A DNA stretch of 64,000 nt, from assembly GCA_902582355.1 (NCBI GenBank), contig CACHRR010000001.1:170236-234235 (forward strand). The letters run 5' to 3'. The notes under the pieces were generated by a model, which saw only the letters and a list, made by a program, of their open reading frames with translations, had not been told where the DNA came from and searched no databases. The position numbers and the translations under genes were made by a program. Positions 20,957 through 30,360 of the stretch are shown here, in pieces. Source of the stretch: an uncultured SAR86 cluster bacterium. Lineage in GTDB: Bacteria > Pseudomonadota > Gammaproteobacteria > Magnimaribacterales > D2472. Numbering within the stretch: position 1 is the stretch's first letter; every line of letters starts with the position of its first letter.

Positions 20957-21922
20957 TTATAATATCCCAGCTTGAATAAGATCATGCATTGTAATAACTC
21001 CGATTGTTTTGTTTTTTTCTTCAACAACAAGCGTAAATATTTTATTTTCTTCCATAATTTTTGCTGCATCGACTGCTAAAGAGTTGGCATTTATTTTAAT
21101 AAAATTTTTTGTCATTACCTTTTCAATTGTTGTATTTTGTATATCTATCTTTTTATTAATACATCTCCTTAAATCACCATCTGTGAAGATCCCAACAACT
21201 TTATTGTTATTTGTTACCAGAGTAATACCAAGATTTTTTTTAGTAATTTCTAAAAGAGCTTTATCCAAAAAAATTTTTAAAGAAACTTTTGGTATTGAAT
21301 TTCCTGTATGCATTAGATCTTTAACTTTAGTAATTAATATTTTCCCCAATTTTCCTGCTGGATGAGAAAAAGCGAAATCATCCTTTGTAAAACCTTTCGC
21401 TTCTAAGAGTGCAATTGCAAGAGCATCTCCAAAAGCTAATGAATTTGTTGTAGACGAAGTAGGAGCCAGATTTAGAGGACATGCTTCTTTTTTTGATTTT
21501 AGTTGTATCTTAATATCTGCTAGTTTTGCAATTGAAGAATTATTATTACTTGTTAATGATACTAGCTCTTTAGCATGTCTTTTAAGTGAAGGTAGTATAT
21601 TAATAATCTCATCCGTTTCTCCTGAATTTGAAATAAGTAGAATCATATCTTTTTTTTCAATAAGGCCTATATCTCCATGTGCACCTTCTGTGGGATGAAT
21701 AAAAATAGAGGGAGTTCCTGTACTTGATAGAGTAGATGAAATTTTTTGGGCAATGTGCCCAGACTTCCCTACACCCATAGTTACAAATTTACCCTTTGAT
21801 GAAATTATTTTTTGGCATAATAATGTAAATGACTCATTTAACTGATCTGCGATTTGAGAAATGGAATCAGACTCTATTTTCAAAGTTCTTTTTGCAGAAG
21901 CGATAAAGTTGAATTTTTTCAT
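20957..21922 (-). CDS. kdsD: Arabinose-5-phosphate isomerase (SIS + tandem CBS)
   Basis: SIS motif GVGKSGHIAQKISSTLSSTGTPS, and C-terminal CBS pair. Confidence 0.92.
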   Translation of the reverse strand: MKKFNFIASAKRTLKIESDSISQIADQLNESFTLLCQKIISSKGKFVTMGVGKSGHIAQKISSTLSSTGTPSIFIHPTEGAHGDIGLIEKKDMILLISNSGETDEIINILPSLKRHAKELVSLTSNNNSSIAKLADIKIQLKSKKEACPLNLAPTSSTTNSLAFGDALAIALLEAKGFTKDDFAFSHPAGKLGKILITKVKDLMHTGNSIPKVSLKIFLDKALLEITKKNLGITLVTNNNKVVGIFTDGDLRRCINKKIDIQNTTIEKVMTKNFIKINANSLAVDAAKIMEENKIFTLVVEEKNKTIGVITMHDLIQAGIL

Positions 21923-21969
21923 AATAAAATAAAGGAATTTATGTATACCTCAAATGGTATAATAGACCA

Positions 21970-22596
21970 ATGTTACATACTCTTAAAAATTATTTTCTTA
22001 TTTTTTTCTCCTTATTTTGTTCCTCATATGCATCAGCCGAGGTAAATCCCTATTTATTTATTGATATAAATTCTCAAAAAATGGTCTCAGTTTTACAAAA
22101 TAATTCTGAATTATTCAAATCAGATAGAAATAAATATGAAAATAAAATCAAAGAAATTTTTGAACCAATGATAGATTTCAAACGAATATCGGCAAGTGTT
22201 ATGGGTAAAAAATACTATTTACTTGCAACAAAAGAACAAAAATATGACTTTATCAATATATTTCGAGACTCTTTATTAAATACATATTCAGAGACTTTAG
22301 CGCAGTGGGGCGACTCTTCAATTTCAACAATTATTTTAGATTATGATGAAAGTCAAGATATTAAAAATATCGAAGTTAAGCAAATTCTTGATACAGGAAG
22401 TAACAAGTATCCAATTTCATATAAGTTAAGAAAAAATGATGAAGACTGGAAAATTATAAATATCATAATAAATGGAGTTAATTTAGGACTTACTTTTAGA
22501 AATCAATTTCAAGCTTTAGCTATTTCCCATAATGATAACATTGAATTGACTTTGCAAAACTGGGTTTCTGATGCTGGTGATGCCGGAGTTTCATAG
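21970..22596 (+). CDS. mlaC: Periplasmic phospholipid-binding protein MlaC (Ttg2D family)
   Basis: Signal peptide. The family pattern SASVMGKKY...F...Y...WKIINIIINGVNLGLTFRNQF matches MlaC. Lies upstream of ibaG-murA. Confidence 0.8.
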   Translation: MLHTLKNYFLIFFSLFCSSYASAEVNPYLFIDINSQKMVSVLQNNSELFKSDRNKYENKIKEIFEPMIDFKRISASVMGKKYYLLATKEQKYDFINIFRDSLLNTYSETLAQWGDSSISTIILDYDESQDIKNIEVKQILDTGSNKYPISYKLRKNDEDWKIINIIINGVNLGLTFRNQFQALAISHNDNIELTLQNWVSDAGDAGVS

Positions 22597-22812
22597 ATGA
22601 AAGAGGATATTGAAAAAATTATTTTAGAAAATATACCTGATGCAAAATGTAATTTTTGCGGTGAAACTTGTAGTTTAAAGCTAACAGTTTCATCTAAAAT
22701 TTTCTGTAATATGCCCTTAATCAAACAACACAAAATGATAATGAGTCTGCTTGAAAATAAGTTTCAATCCGGTGAGCTTCATGCATTAAGTTTGGAGACA
22801 AAACCACATTAA
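22597..22812 (+). CDS. ibaG: BolA-family protein IbaG
   Basis: 71 aa with LIKQHKMIMSLL...GELHALSLET (BolA motif). Conserved position just before murA. Confidence 0.8.
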   Translation: MKEDIEKIILENIPDAKCNFCGETCSLKLTVSSKIFCNMPLIKQHKMIMSLLENKFQSGELHALSLETKPH

Positions 22813-22814
22813 GA

Positions 22815-24074
22815 ATGGAAAAATTATTGATCAAAGGTGGTAGCTCACTCTCTGGAAGTATAAATTGCTCAGGTGCTAAAAATGCTGCACTGCCTATGAT
22901 TGCTTCAACAATTCTTTCAGATGAGAGAATAACTCTTAAAAATTTACCATATCTTCAAGATATTACTACAATGTTTGAACTACTAGGTTCAATGGGAGCA
23001 GAGATATTATTAGATGAAAAAATGAATTTTACAATTTCTTCCTATAATCTCATTGATACAGAAGCAAGGTATGAACTAGTAAAAACTATGAGAGCCTCAA
23101 TACTTGTTTTAGGACCTTTAGTTGCTAAATATGGAAAAGCTAGAATTGCTTTGCCAGGTGGTTGTGCAATTGGAACAAGGCCAGTGAATTTTCATTTAGA
23201 TGCCTTAAAAAAATTAGGAGCTAAAATAGTTTTGAAGAATGGTTACATTGAAGCTTCAGCAAAAAAATTAATTGGCACAAATATTAATTTTGAAGGCATA
23301 ACAGTAACAGGAACAGAAAACATAATGATGGCAGCAACTTTAGCAGAAGGAAGAACAATAATTAAAAATGCTGCAAAAGAGCCTGAAATAATTGATTTAG
23401 CAAATATGCTTACTTCAATGGGAGCTAAAATTGAAGGAGCTGGAAATGAAACAATTATCATAGAAGGTGTAACTAATTTAACTGGCACAGAATTTGATAT
23501 ACCTGCAGATCGGATTGAAGCAGGAACTTATCTTGCTGCAGCAGCAGTCACAAAAGGAAATATAACAATTGAAGGGATTAATCCAACAAGATTGATGAAG
23601 GTTATTGACAAATTAAAAACTGCTGGAGCAATGATTAATTATACAAGTAATTCTATTTCTTTAAACATGACAAAAGAATTACCTAATCCAGTAAATATTA
23701 CAACTGCTCCATTTCCAGATTTCCCAACAGATATGCAAGCACAATTTTCGGTTTTAAATGCTATCTCATCGGGGGACTCAATTGTTAATGAAACAGTTTT
23801 TGAAAATAGATTTATGCACATTCTTGAATTAAATAGAATGGGCTGCAATATTCAAGTTAAAGGAAACAGGGCATACATAAAAGGTGTTGAGTCTTTATAT
23901 GGTGCAGAAGTAATGGCTACAGATTTAAGGGCATCAGCTTCATTAATTTTGGCAGGGTTATGTGCAAAGGGAGAAACAGTTGTTGATCGAATTTATCACA
24001 TTGACAGGGGATATGAAAGAATCGAAGAAAAACTTAATTATCTAGGCGCAGACATTATGAGACTACCTAGTTAA
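22815..24074 (+). CDS. murA: UDP-N-acetylglucosamine 1-carboxyvinyltransferase
   Basis: Catalytic Cys loop LPGGCAIGTRPVNFHL and full-length MurA pattern. Confidence 0.97.
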   Translation: MEKLLIKGGSSLSGSINCSGAKNAALPMIASTILSDERITLKNLPYLQDITTMFELLGSMGAEILLDEKMNFTISSYNLIDTEARYELVKTMRASILVLGPLVAKYGKARIALPGGCAIGTRPVNFHLDALKKLGAKIVLKNGYIEASAKKLIGTNINFEGITVTGTENIMMAATLAEGRTIIKNAAKEPEIIDLANMLTSMGAKIEGAGNETIIIEGVTNLTGTEFDIPADRIEAGTYLAAAAVTKGNITIEGINPTRLMKVIDKLKTAGAMINYTSNSISLNMTKELPNPVNITTAPFPDFPTDMQAQFSVLNAISSGDSIVNETVFENRFMHILELNRMGCNIQVKGNRAYIKGVESLYGAEVMATDLRASASLILAGLCAKGETVVDRIYHIDRGYERIEEKLNYLGADIMRLPS

Positions 24075-24090
24075 TAAATATTAAAAGAAT

Positions 24091-25050
24091 TCATATTTTA
24101 ATAGTGATAACCTCATTATCATTAGCTAATATCTCCAATTTAATATTTTCACCAAGTGTCGCAAATATTAATGCACTTCTTAGATTATTCCAATTTGCTT
24201 CTTCACCATTAATTTTTATTATAGTATCTCTTGTTTTAATACCTTGTTCATGTAAAGGTCCTGACTCCTCCATCTCAACAATTCTTAGCCCATTAATAAT
24301 TTTATTGTTGTTTTGCAGTCTTACTTTAGCGACTCTGAAATTTCCAATCCACTTTGTTTTAACTTTACCAAATCTAATAAGCTGAGTTGCAGTTTGAACA
24401 ACCAAATTTGATGGAATGGCAAATCCAATCCCTTGGTATGCTCCAGTTCTAGAAAATATTTTTGAATTTATTCCAATTAAATTACCATTTTCATTAATAA
24501 GAGCACCTCCCGAATTTCCTGGATTAATAGGAGCATCAGTTTGAATTAATTGAAGATATGGATTTCCGTAATCTCTTCCAGTGGCACTGATAATGCCATA
24601 TGATACCGAAATACCAATTCCATATGGATTTCCAATTGCAAGAACTTTATCTCCAACTCTAAGGTTTTCAGAGTTTGCGAAATTAATTGGCACCAAATTA
24701 TCATCTTTTGCAATTTTTAAAACTGCAATATCAGTATTCTCATCAACGCCAATTATATTTGCGGGAAAAATTTTTCCATTGTTTAATTTTACAGAAATGT
24801 TTTTTCCAGAAAGGATATGTAAATTTGTAACGATATATCCATCTTTAGAAAAAATTACACCAGAACCTATACCACTATTTTTATATGAATATAAATTACT
24901 ATTTGAGGATATTGTTACAACTGAAGATATAGATTTTTCAGATGCTGTTACTAATTTGTTTTTATCATCAGATATAAAGTACCATGTTCCTAAGAAAGTA
25001 ATAACTGCTACTAATAGGTAACGCAATAAACTAGATTGAACAAATTTCAT
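24091..25050 (-). CDS. degS: DegS/AlgW-type periplasmic serine endoprotease (trypsin domain + one PDZ)
   Basis: TM anchor, catalytic Ser motif GNSGGALIN, single C-terminal PDZ. Start set at ATG 25048-25050 (MKFVQSS). The ORF-track extension to 25098 would overlap zapE. Confidence 0.85.
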   Translation of the reverse strand: MKFVQSSLLRYLLVAVITFLGTWYFISDDKNKLVTASEKSISSVVTISSNSNLYSYKNSGIGSGVIFSKDGYIVTNLHILSGKNISVKLNNGKIFPANIIGVDENTDIAVLKIAKDDNLVPINFANSENLRVGDKVLAIGNPYGIGISVSYGIISATGRDYGNPYLQLIQTDAPINPGNSGGALINENGNLIGINSKIFSRTGAYQGIGFAIPSNLVVQTATQLIRFGKVKTKWIGNFRVAKVRLQNNNKIINGLRIVEMEESGPLHEQGIKTRDTIIKINGEEANWNNLRSALIFATLGENIKLEILANDNEVITIKI

Positions 25051-25051
25051 A

Positions 25052-26101
25052 ATGTCTAAAGTTAAAAATATCATTGATAGTCTCAAAAACCAAGGCATAA
25101 AGACTGATAAAGCTCAAATTAAACTTATTGATAGATTAATAAAGATATCTCATGACGAAAGTTGTTTTATCTTAAATCTTTTATCAAAGAAAAAAAATAA
25201 GGGTATTTATATATGGAGTGATGTCGGGAGAGGTAAAACTGTCGTTGTTGAGGAATTTTTAAAAAATATTAATCATAAAAATGTTAAGTGTTTTCACTAC
25301 ATTAGTTTTATAAATTTTATTCATGATCAACTTAATAAAAATTCTGGACTTAAAGATCCTTTAAAACAAGTTACAGATGTTTTAACAAAAAACTGCAGTC
25401 TAATATTTCTCGATGAATTTCAGGTTGAAGATGTTGCTGACGCCATGATGATTGGTGATTTATTAAATAGAATATTGAAAACAAATACTAAATTAATTTT
25501 TACATCAAATTCGCATCCTAGTGATATATATAAAGATGGATTACAAAGACAAAAATTCATGAATTATATGAATATACTAATTGATAATGTTGAGGTGTTT
25601 AAACTAGATGGAAAAATTGATTATAGAACTCAAAATATTATACGTTCTGGACTTATAGGTAATGATGAATCATTTGATGATAAAAAAATAATCTCATTAA
25701 TTGAAGATAGTTTTGGCAAGATTGCTTTATCATCAGATAAAATAGTTATAAAAAATAGAAAACTTAACTGTAAATTAGTTAAAAAAAATATTATTTGGAT
25801 TGAGTTCATTAGCTTTTTTACCCAGCCAACTGGATCAGCAGATTATAAATTTATTATTAATAAATATGATTGGATATTCATTAGTAATTTTCATAGATGT
25901 AATGATGATTCAAAAGATATTATTCGAAGATTTATTTCATTTATTGATATCGCGTATGCAAATAAAACTAAAATAAAGTTTTTTTTCAATGAAATTGAGA
26001 TAACAGCTATATACGATGGTTTATTGCTAGATCATCTTTGGAAACGATGTGAGAGCAGGCTTATGGAAATGAATAATCGTAAATATTTTGATGAAACTTA
26101 G
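25052..26101 (+). CDS. zapE: Cell division factor ZapE (AFG1-like ATPase)
   Basis: Walker A WSDVGRGKT, Walker B LIFLDEFQVEDVADAM. Lies upstream of rplM-rpsI, as in E. coli and Pseudomonas. Confidence 0.85.
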   Translation: MSKVKNIIDSLKNQGIKTDKAQIKLIDRLIKISHDESCFILNLLSKKKNKGIYIWSDVGRGKTVVVEEFLKNINHKNVKCFHYISFINFIHDQLNKNSGLKDPLKQVTDVLTKNCSLIFLDEFQVEDVADAMMIGDLLNRILKTNTKLIFTSNSHPSDIYKDGLQRQKFMNYMNILIDNVEVFKLDGKIDYRTQNIIRSGLIGNDESFDDKKIISLIEDSFGKIALSSDKIVIKNRKLNCKLVKKNIIWIEFISFFTQPTGSADYKFIINKYDWIFISNFHRCNDDSKDIIRRFISFIDIAYANKTKIKFFFNEIEITAIYDGLLLDHLWKRCESRLMEMNNRKYFDET

Positions 26102-26125
26102 TTACAAATAAAATTAACATAAATA

Positions 26126-26154
26126 TTGATATATTTCTCACTAGACATTAATAT
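26126..26154 (+). promoter_or_regulatory. Candidate sigma70 promoter for rplM-rpsI (TTGATA-17 nt-TAATAT)
   Basis: TTGATA at 26126-26131, a 17-nt spacer, and TAATAT at 26149-26154, about 20 nt upstream of rplM. Read by eye only. Confidence 0.4.
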
Positions 26155-26175
26155 TCGAGCTCAAATTAAATGATT

Positions 26176-26610
26176 ATGAAAACTTATTCATTAAAAAAAC
26201 AAGACGTGAAAAGGAATTGGTTTGTTATAGACGTTAGTGACAAAATTCTTGGGAGAATTGCTGTTAAAATCGCTGACAAAATAAGAGGCAAAGATAAACC
26301 GTCTTTTACACCACATACTGATGGTGGTGATTATGTTATTGTCGTTAATGCTGAAAAAATTAAAGTAACTGGATCTAAATATGACAACAAAAAGTATTAT
26401 CGTCACTCTTTATTCCCTGGCGGTTTAAAAACTGAAAATTTCAAAGATTTAGTTGCTAAAAACCCCGAGAGAATTTTAGAAGAGGCAGTTAAAGGTATGT
26501 TGCCAAAGAATAAATTAAATAAGTCCATAATTAAAAAGTTAAAAGTTTTTAGTGGACCAAATCATGATCATGAATCACAACAACCTAAGGAATGGAATCC
26601 TAGAATATGA
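26176..26610 (+). CDS. rplM: 50S ribosomal protein L13
   Basis: [27 protein letters not shown] aligns with the L13 N-terminus. Start taken at the second ATG (26176). Confidence 0.96.
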   Translation: MKTYSLKKQDVKRNWFVIDVSDKILGRIAVKIADKIRGKDKPSFTPHTDGGDYVIVVNAEKIKVTGSKYDNKKYYRHSLFPGGLKTENFKDLVAKNPERILEEAVKGMLPKNKLNKSIIKKLKVFSGPNHDHESQQPKEWNPRI

Positions 26611-26999
26611 GTATAGAAATACATTATGCAACTGGAAGAAGAAAAACTTCATCAGCGAGAATTTACCTCAAAAAGGGTAAAGGGAAAATTATCGTAAATA
26701 ATAGAAAGCTGGATGATTATTTTGGTAGAAAAGTTGCACAAATGTTAGTAATGCAACCATTAGAACTTGCGGAGCTTGATAAAAAAGTTGATATTGATGT
26801 TAAAGTTAAGGGTGGTGGAAGTTTTGGTCAAGCTGGAGCAATACGACATGGTATATCAAGAGCATTAACCTTGTTTGATGAAGAATTGAGACCACAGTTA
26901 AAAAAAGCAGGCTTATTGACTAGGGACCCAAGAAAAGTTGAAAGAAAAAAAGCTGGACTTGTCAAAGCAAGAAAAAGTAAACAATTTTCAAAAAGATAA
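26607..26999 (+). CDS. rpsI: 30S ribosomal protein S9
   Basis: [19 protein letters not shown] motif and C-terminal KQFSKR. Confidence 0.97.
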   Translation: MSIEIHYATGRRKTSSARIYLKKGKGKIIVNNRKLDDYFGRKVAQMLVMQPLELAELDKKVDIDVKVKGGGSFGQAGAIRHGISRALTLFDEELRPQLKKAGLLTRDPRKVERKKAGLVKARKSKQFSKR

Positions 27000-27105
27000 C
27001 CTACTTTCACTATACTTATTTTCTATTATAAGTATCTTTTATATTACATTATTATGATATAATTTTTAAAATATTTAAGGCAAATATATTTAGCACACAC
27101 TCTTA

Positions 27106-27687
27106 ATGCAAGATAAAGATAATACAAGAAGAAAAGTTTTAATTGGATTAACAAGCGCGGTTGGTTTATCGGGCCTTCCTTTTGCTGCAACGCCATTCAT
27201 AGCTGCGTGGAATCCAAGTGCGAAAGCAAAAGCAGCAGGGGCGCCTGTAAAGTTAGATGTTTCAAAAATGCAATATGGTCAGCAAATACAAGTTGCCTGG
27301 AGAAAACAACCTGTTTTTATTGTTAGGCATACGAAAAACAGCTTAAAAAATTTAGATCTTGCCTTGCCAAAATTAGCAGATCCAAACTCTGATGAAATTA
27401 GTGAGCCCTATAAAGGACTTTATCCCTCAAGATCTAAAAATCCTGAATATTCGATTATGAGCGGAGTCTGTACGCATCTTGGTTGTTCCCCAAAGTATTA
27501 TCCTGAATTAGAACCAAAACCTTGGGATGCTTCATGGAGTGGGGGATTCTTTTGCCCATGTCATGGATCTATGTTCGATATAGTAGGAAGAGTTTTTAAA
27601 GGTGTTCCAGCACCAACTAATTTGATAGTGCCTCCACATATGTTCGAAGGCAGCATACTAACAATTGGAGAGGATAAGGAGTTATAA
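27106..27687 (+). CDS. petA: Ubiquinol-cytochrome c reductase Rieske iron-sulfur subunit
   Basis: Tat-like signal RRKVLIGL. Rieske boxes CTHLGC and CPCHGS. Confidence 0.95.
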   Translation: MQDKDNTRRKVLIGLTSAVGLSGLPFAATPFIAAWNPSAKAKAAGAPVKLDVSKMQYGQQIQVAWRKQPVFIVRHTKNSLKNLDLALPKLADPNSDEISEPYKGLYPSRSKNPEYSIMSGVCTHLGCSPKYYPELEPKPWDASWSGGFFCPCHGSMFDIVGRVFKGVPAPTNLIVPPHMFEGSILTIGEDKEL

Positions 27688-27688
27688 A

Positions 27689-28906
27689 ATGAGTGATATG
27701 GCTATAAAGCTTTTTTCATGGATCAATAGCAGATTGCCTATAGTTAATACATTTGAAAGACATCTTTCAAAACACCCAGTGCCATCCAAGGTTAATTTTT
27801 GGTATCTTTTTGGTGCACTGGCTGCTGTGACACTTATTATTCAAGTTATTTCTGGTATTTGGTTAATAATGCCATATTCAAATACTGAGGAGGAAGCTTT
27901 CTCTTCAATAGAATACATAATGAGAGATGTAGATTATGGATGGGTCATTAGATATATTCATACTACTGGAGCCTCTTTGTTTTTTGCAGTAGTTTATCTG
28001 CATATGTTTAGGGGCTTATTGTATGGCTCATACCAAAAACCAAAAGAGCTTGTTTGGATTTTTGGTTGCACTATATATTTAGCAATGATGGCAGAGGGAT
28101 TTTTAGGATATGTACTTCCCTATGGACAAATGTCATATTGGGGAGCTCAGGTCATAATCTCTTTATTTGGAGCAATTCCATACATCGGAGAATCATTAGA
28201 GCTTTGGGTCAGAGGTGATTATTATATATCAGGCATAACTGTCTCCAGATTTTTTGCCTTACATGTTGTAGCTCTTCCTTTAGTTTTGATAGCTCTTGTT
28301 TTTCTTCACCTAGTTGCTTTACATGAAGTTGGTGCTGGCAATCCTGAGGGAGTAGATATTGAAAAGCATCTTGACGATGACGGTGTGCCACTAGATAGCG
28401 TACCATTTTTTCCATATAAGGTTTTAAATGCATTGGTTGCAATAGGAGTCTTTATGACCGTTTTTTCAATAATCATGTTTTTCTTTCCTGAAGGAGGAGG
28501 GTATTTTATTGAAATGGCAAATTTTCAAGAGGCAAATCCACTCGTAACTCCTGATCATATAGCGCCTGTTTGGTACTATGCTCCTTTTTATACAATGCTA
28601 AGAGCCATACCTGATCCGCTTGGAGGCTTGATAGTAATGGCCGCTGCAGTGGCAATATTTTTTGTAGTACCGTGGCTAGACAGAAGTAAAGTTGCATCAA
28701 TAAGATACAAAGGTATATATAGTAAGATCGCAATAACATTATTTGGTGTAAGTTTTTTAACTTTGGGATACCTTGGAACTGTTGGCGTAACAGAGGTCAG
28801 AAAATTAATGAGTATTATATGTACTGTAATGTATTTCGCCTATTTTTTACTCATGCCAATTTATACAAAATATGAGACGACCAAGGAAGTGCCTGAGAGA
28901 TTATGA
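27689..28906 (+). CDS. petB: Cytochrome b of the bc1 complex
   Basis: Typical cytochrome b sequence (WYLFG, RYIHTTGASLFF, FFALHV..PL) and PEWY-like region VTPDHIAPVWYYAPFY. Start set at ATG 27689, after the petA stop. Confidence 0.95.
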   Translation: MSDMAIKLFSWINSRLPIVNTFERHLSKHPVPSKVNFWYLFGALAAVTLIIQVISGIWLIMPYSNTEEEAFSSIEYIMRDVDYGWVIRYIHTTGASLFFAVVYLHMFRGLLYGSYQKPKELVWIFGCTIYLAMMAEGFLGYVLPYGQMSYWGAQVIISLFGAIPYIGESLELWVRGDYYISGITVSRFFALHVVALPLVLIALVFLHLVALHEVGAGNPEGVDIEKHLDDDGVPLDSVPFFPYKVLNALVAIGVFMTVFSIIMFFFPEGGGYFIEMANFQEANPLVTPDHIAPVWYYAPFYTMLRAIPDPLGGLIVMAAAVAIFFVVPWLDRSKVASIRYKGIYSKIAITLFGVSFLTLGYLGTVGVTEVRKLMSIICTVMYFAYFLLMPIYTKYETTKEVPERL

Positions 28907-29730
28907 AAACAGCTTTGTGGAACACTGACTATTCCCTGTATTTATCTTTCATATTACCGTGTTTATTTTTTATAAATATATTAAGTTCAGCTGAGGGTGG
29001 TCCCTGTAAAGATTATGGTGAATGTGATGAGTTCAAATATTCATTAAATGATATTGAATCACTTCAAAGAGGAGCCTCAACATACATTAACTATTGTTAT
29101 GGCTGTCATTCTCTAAAATACTCTCGTTGGGGAAGAGTTGCAAAAGATCTTGAAATTCCTGAGGATATTTTTTTTAAAAACTTAGTTTTTGATAAATCAA
29201 TTAAGTCAGGAGATCTCATGATAGGAGCCATGCCAGAGGATTCAGCTAATTGGTTTGGTGTGGCACCTCCAGATTTAACTCTTGTTTCAAGATATAAAGG
29301 CGATGATTGGATATATTCATATTTAAGAGCATATTATGAGGATTCATCAAAACAATATGGCGTAAATAATCTTGTTTATCCAGGAACTGCAATGCCAAAC
29401 GTTTTGCTTTCTCTTCAAGGAAATCAAAGATTAGTTTGTAAAGATATACCTCAAATTGCACAAAATGGAGGTGAAAAGAGAGACGATTTAGGCAATACTT
29501 TATTTAAAGAGAAATGCGGATATTTAGAGGTTGAAGAGGGAACTGGTCTGTTATCTAAGCAAGAATTCGATGCCTTGATATATGACCTAACAAACTTCTT
29601 GGTTTATGTAGGTGAACCTAGCAAAGCTGATAGGGAAAGAATGGGCTGGTATGTAATATTTTATTTTTTAATTTTTACTGCTTTATCATCTTTACTATAT
29701 AGAGAGTATCATAAAGACTATAATAAATAG
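28903..29730 (+). CDS. petC: Cytochrome c1
   Basis: Haem-binding CYGCHS, PPDLTLVSR motif and C-terminal TM anchor. Confidence 0.92.
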   Translation: MKTALWNTDYSLYLSFILPCLFFINILSSAEGGPCKDYGECDEFKYSLNDIESLQRGASTYINYCYGCHSLKYSRWGRVAKDLEIPEDIFFKNLVFDKSIKSGDLMIGAMPEDSANWFGVAPPDLTLVSRYKGDDWIYSYLRAYYEDSSKQYGVNNLVYPGTAMPNVLLSLQGNQRLVCKDIPQIAQNGGEKRDDLGNTLFKEKCGYLEVEEGTGLLSKQEFDALIYDLTNFLVYVGEPSKADRERMGWYVIFYFLIFTALSSLLYREYHKDYNK

Positions 29731-29745
29731 ATTTCAGGGTAAAGT

Positions 29746-30360
29746 ATGATTTTATATTCAGACAGAGATGATCATTATAGTCAACGAGTAAGAATAGTTC
29801 TTGCAGAAAAAGACATTTCTGCTGAAATAAAAGAATCAAATTCTGAAGACGTGTCTGATGAGATTTTGTCAATAAGTCCTTATCATAAATTACCTATATT
29901 AGTTGATAGAGATTTAGCAATTCATGATCCATCGGTTATGATGGAGTATTTAGATGAGAGATTTCCTCACCCGCCTTTACTTCCTGTTTATCCAGTGGAG
30001 AGGGCAAATAGCAGAACTTTAATGTTGAGAATTGACAGGGAATGGTGCCCATTAATTGATGCTTTAGTGTCAAGAGAAAATACTGATAAGGAACTTATTA
30101 AAATCAGAGAAGAGCTTTTGCATGAAATTTCTTCAATTGCACCAACTTTTAAGGAATTCAAATTTTTTATGAGCAATGAATTCACTTTGGTAGATTGCCT
30201 CTTTGCTCCAATCCTTTGGAGGCTGCCATCTTTAGGTATTAAATTACCTTTAAACAGACATTTAAAACCACTTCTTGATTATCAAAATTCTGTTTTTGAG
30301 AGACCTGGATTTCTTGACAGCCTTTCATCGTTAGAGAGAGATCTTAGATTTGATTCATAA
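29746..30360 (+). CDS. sspA: Stringent starvation protein A (GST-like)
   Basis: GST fold with SQRVRIVLAEKDI and VDRDLAIHDPSVMMEYLDERFPHPPLLP. Lies after petABC, as in Pseudomonas. Confidence 0.9.
   Translation: MILYSDRDDHYSQRVRIVLAEKDISAEIKESNSEDVSDEILSISPYHKLPILVDRDLAIHDPSVMMEYLDERFPHPPLLPVYPVERANSRTLMLRIDREWCPLIDALVSRENTDKELIKIREELLHEISSIAPTFKEFKFFMSNEFTLVDCLFAPILWRLPSLGIKLPLNRHLKPLLDYQNSVFERPGFLDSLSSLERDLRFDS

Noticed and set aside
24583-24605. TGGCAC strings (also near 23473 and 29270) checked as sigma-54 -24 elements, because rpoN is present.
   Set aside because: None has a TTGC(A/T) -12 element at the required spacing, and all lie inside coding sequence.
24581-25021. 146-aa plus-strand ORF inside degS, together with 24104-24385.
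   Set aside because: Both are antisense shadows of a clearly conserved protease gene.
27012-27040. 8-bp AT-rich hairpin (ATACTTAT / ATAAGTAT) followed by CTTTT after rpsI, considered as a terminator.
   Set aside because: The stem has a single G/C pair and the T-tract is short and interrupted. This is too weak to call in such AT-rich DNA.
27055-27063. Extended -10-like TGATATAAT upstream of petA.
   Set aside because: It is plausible, but TATAAT-like strings occur by chance throughout AT-rich spacers. There is no matching -35 element and no other support.
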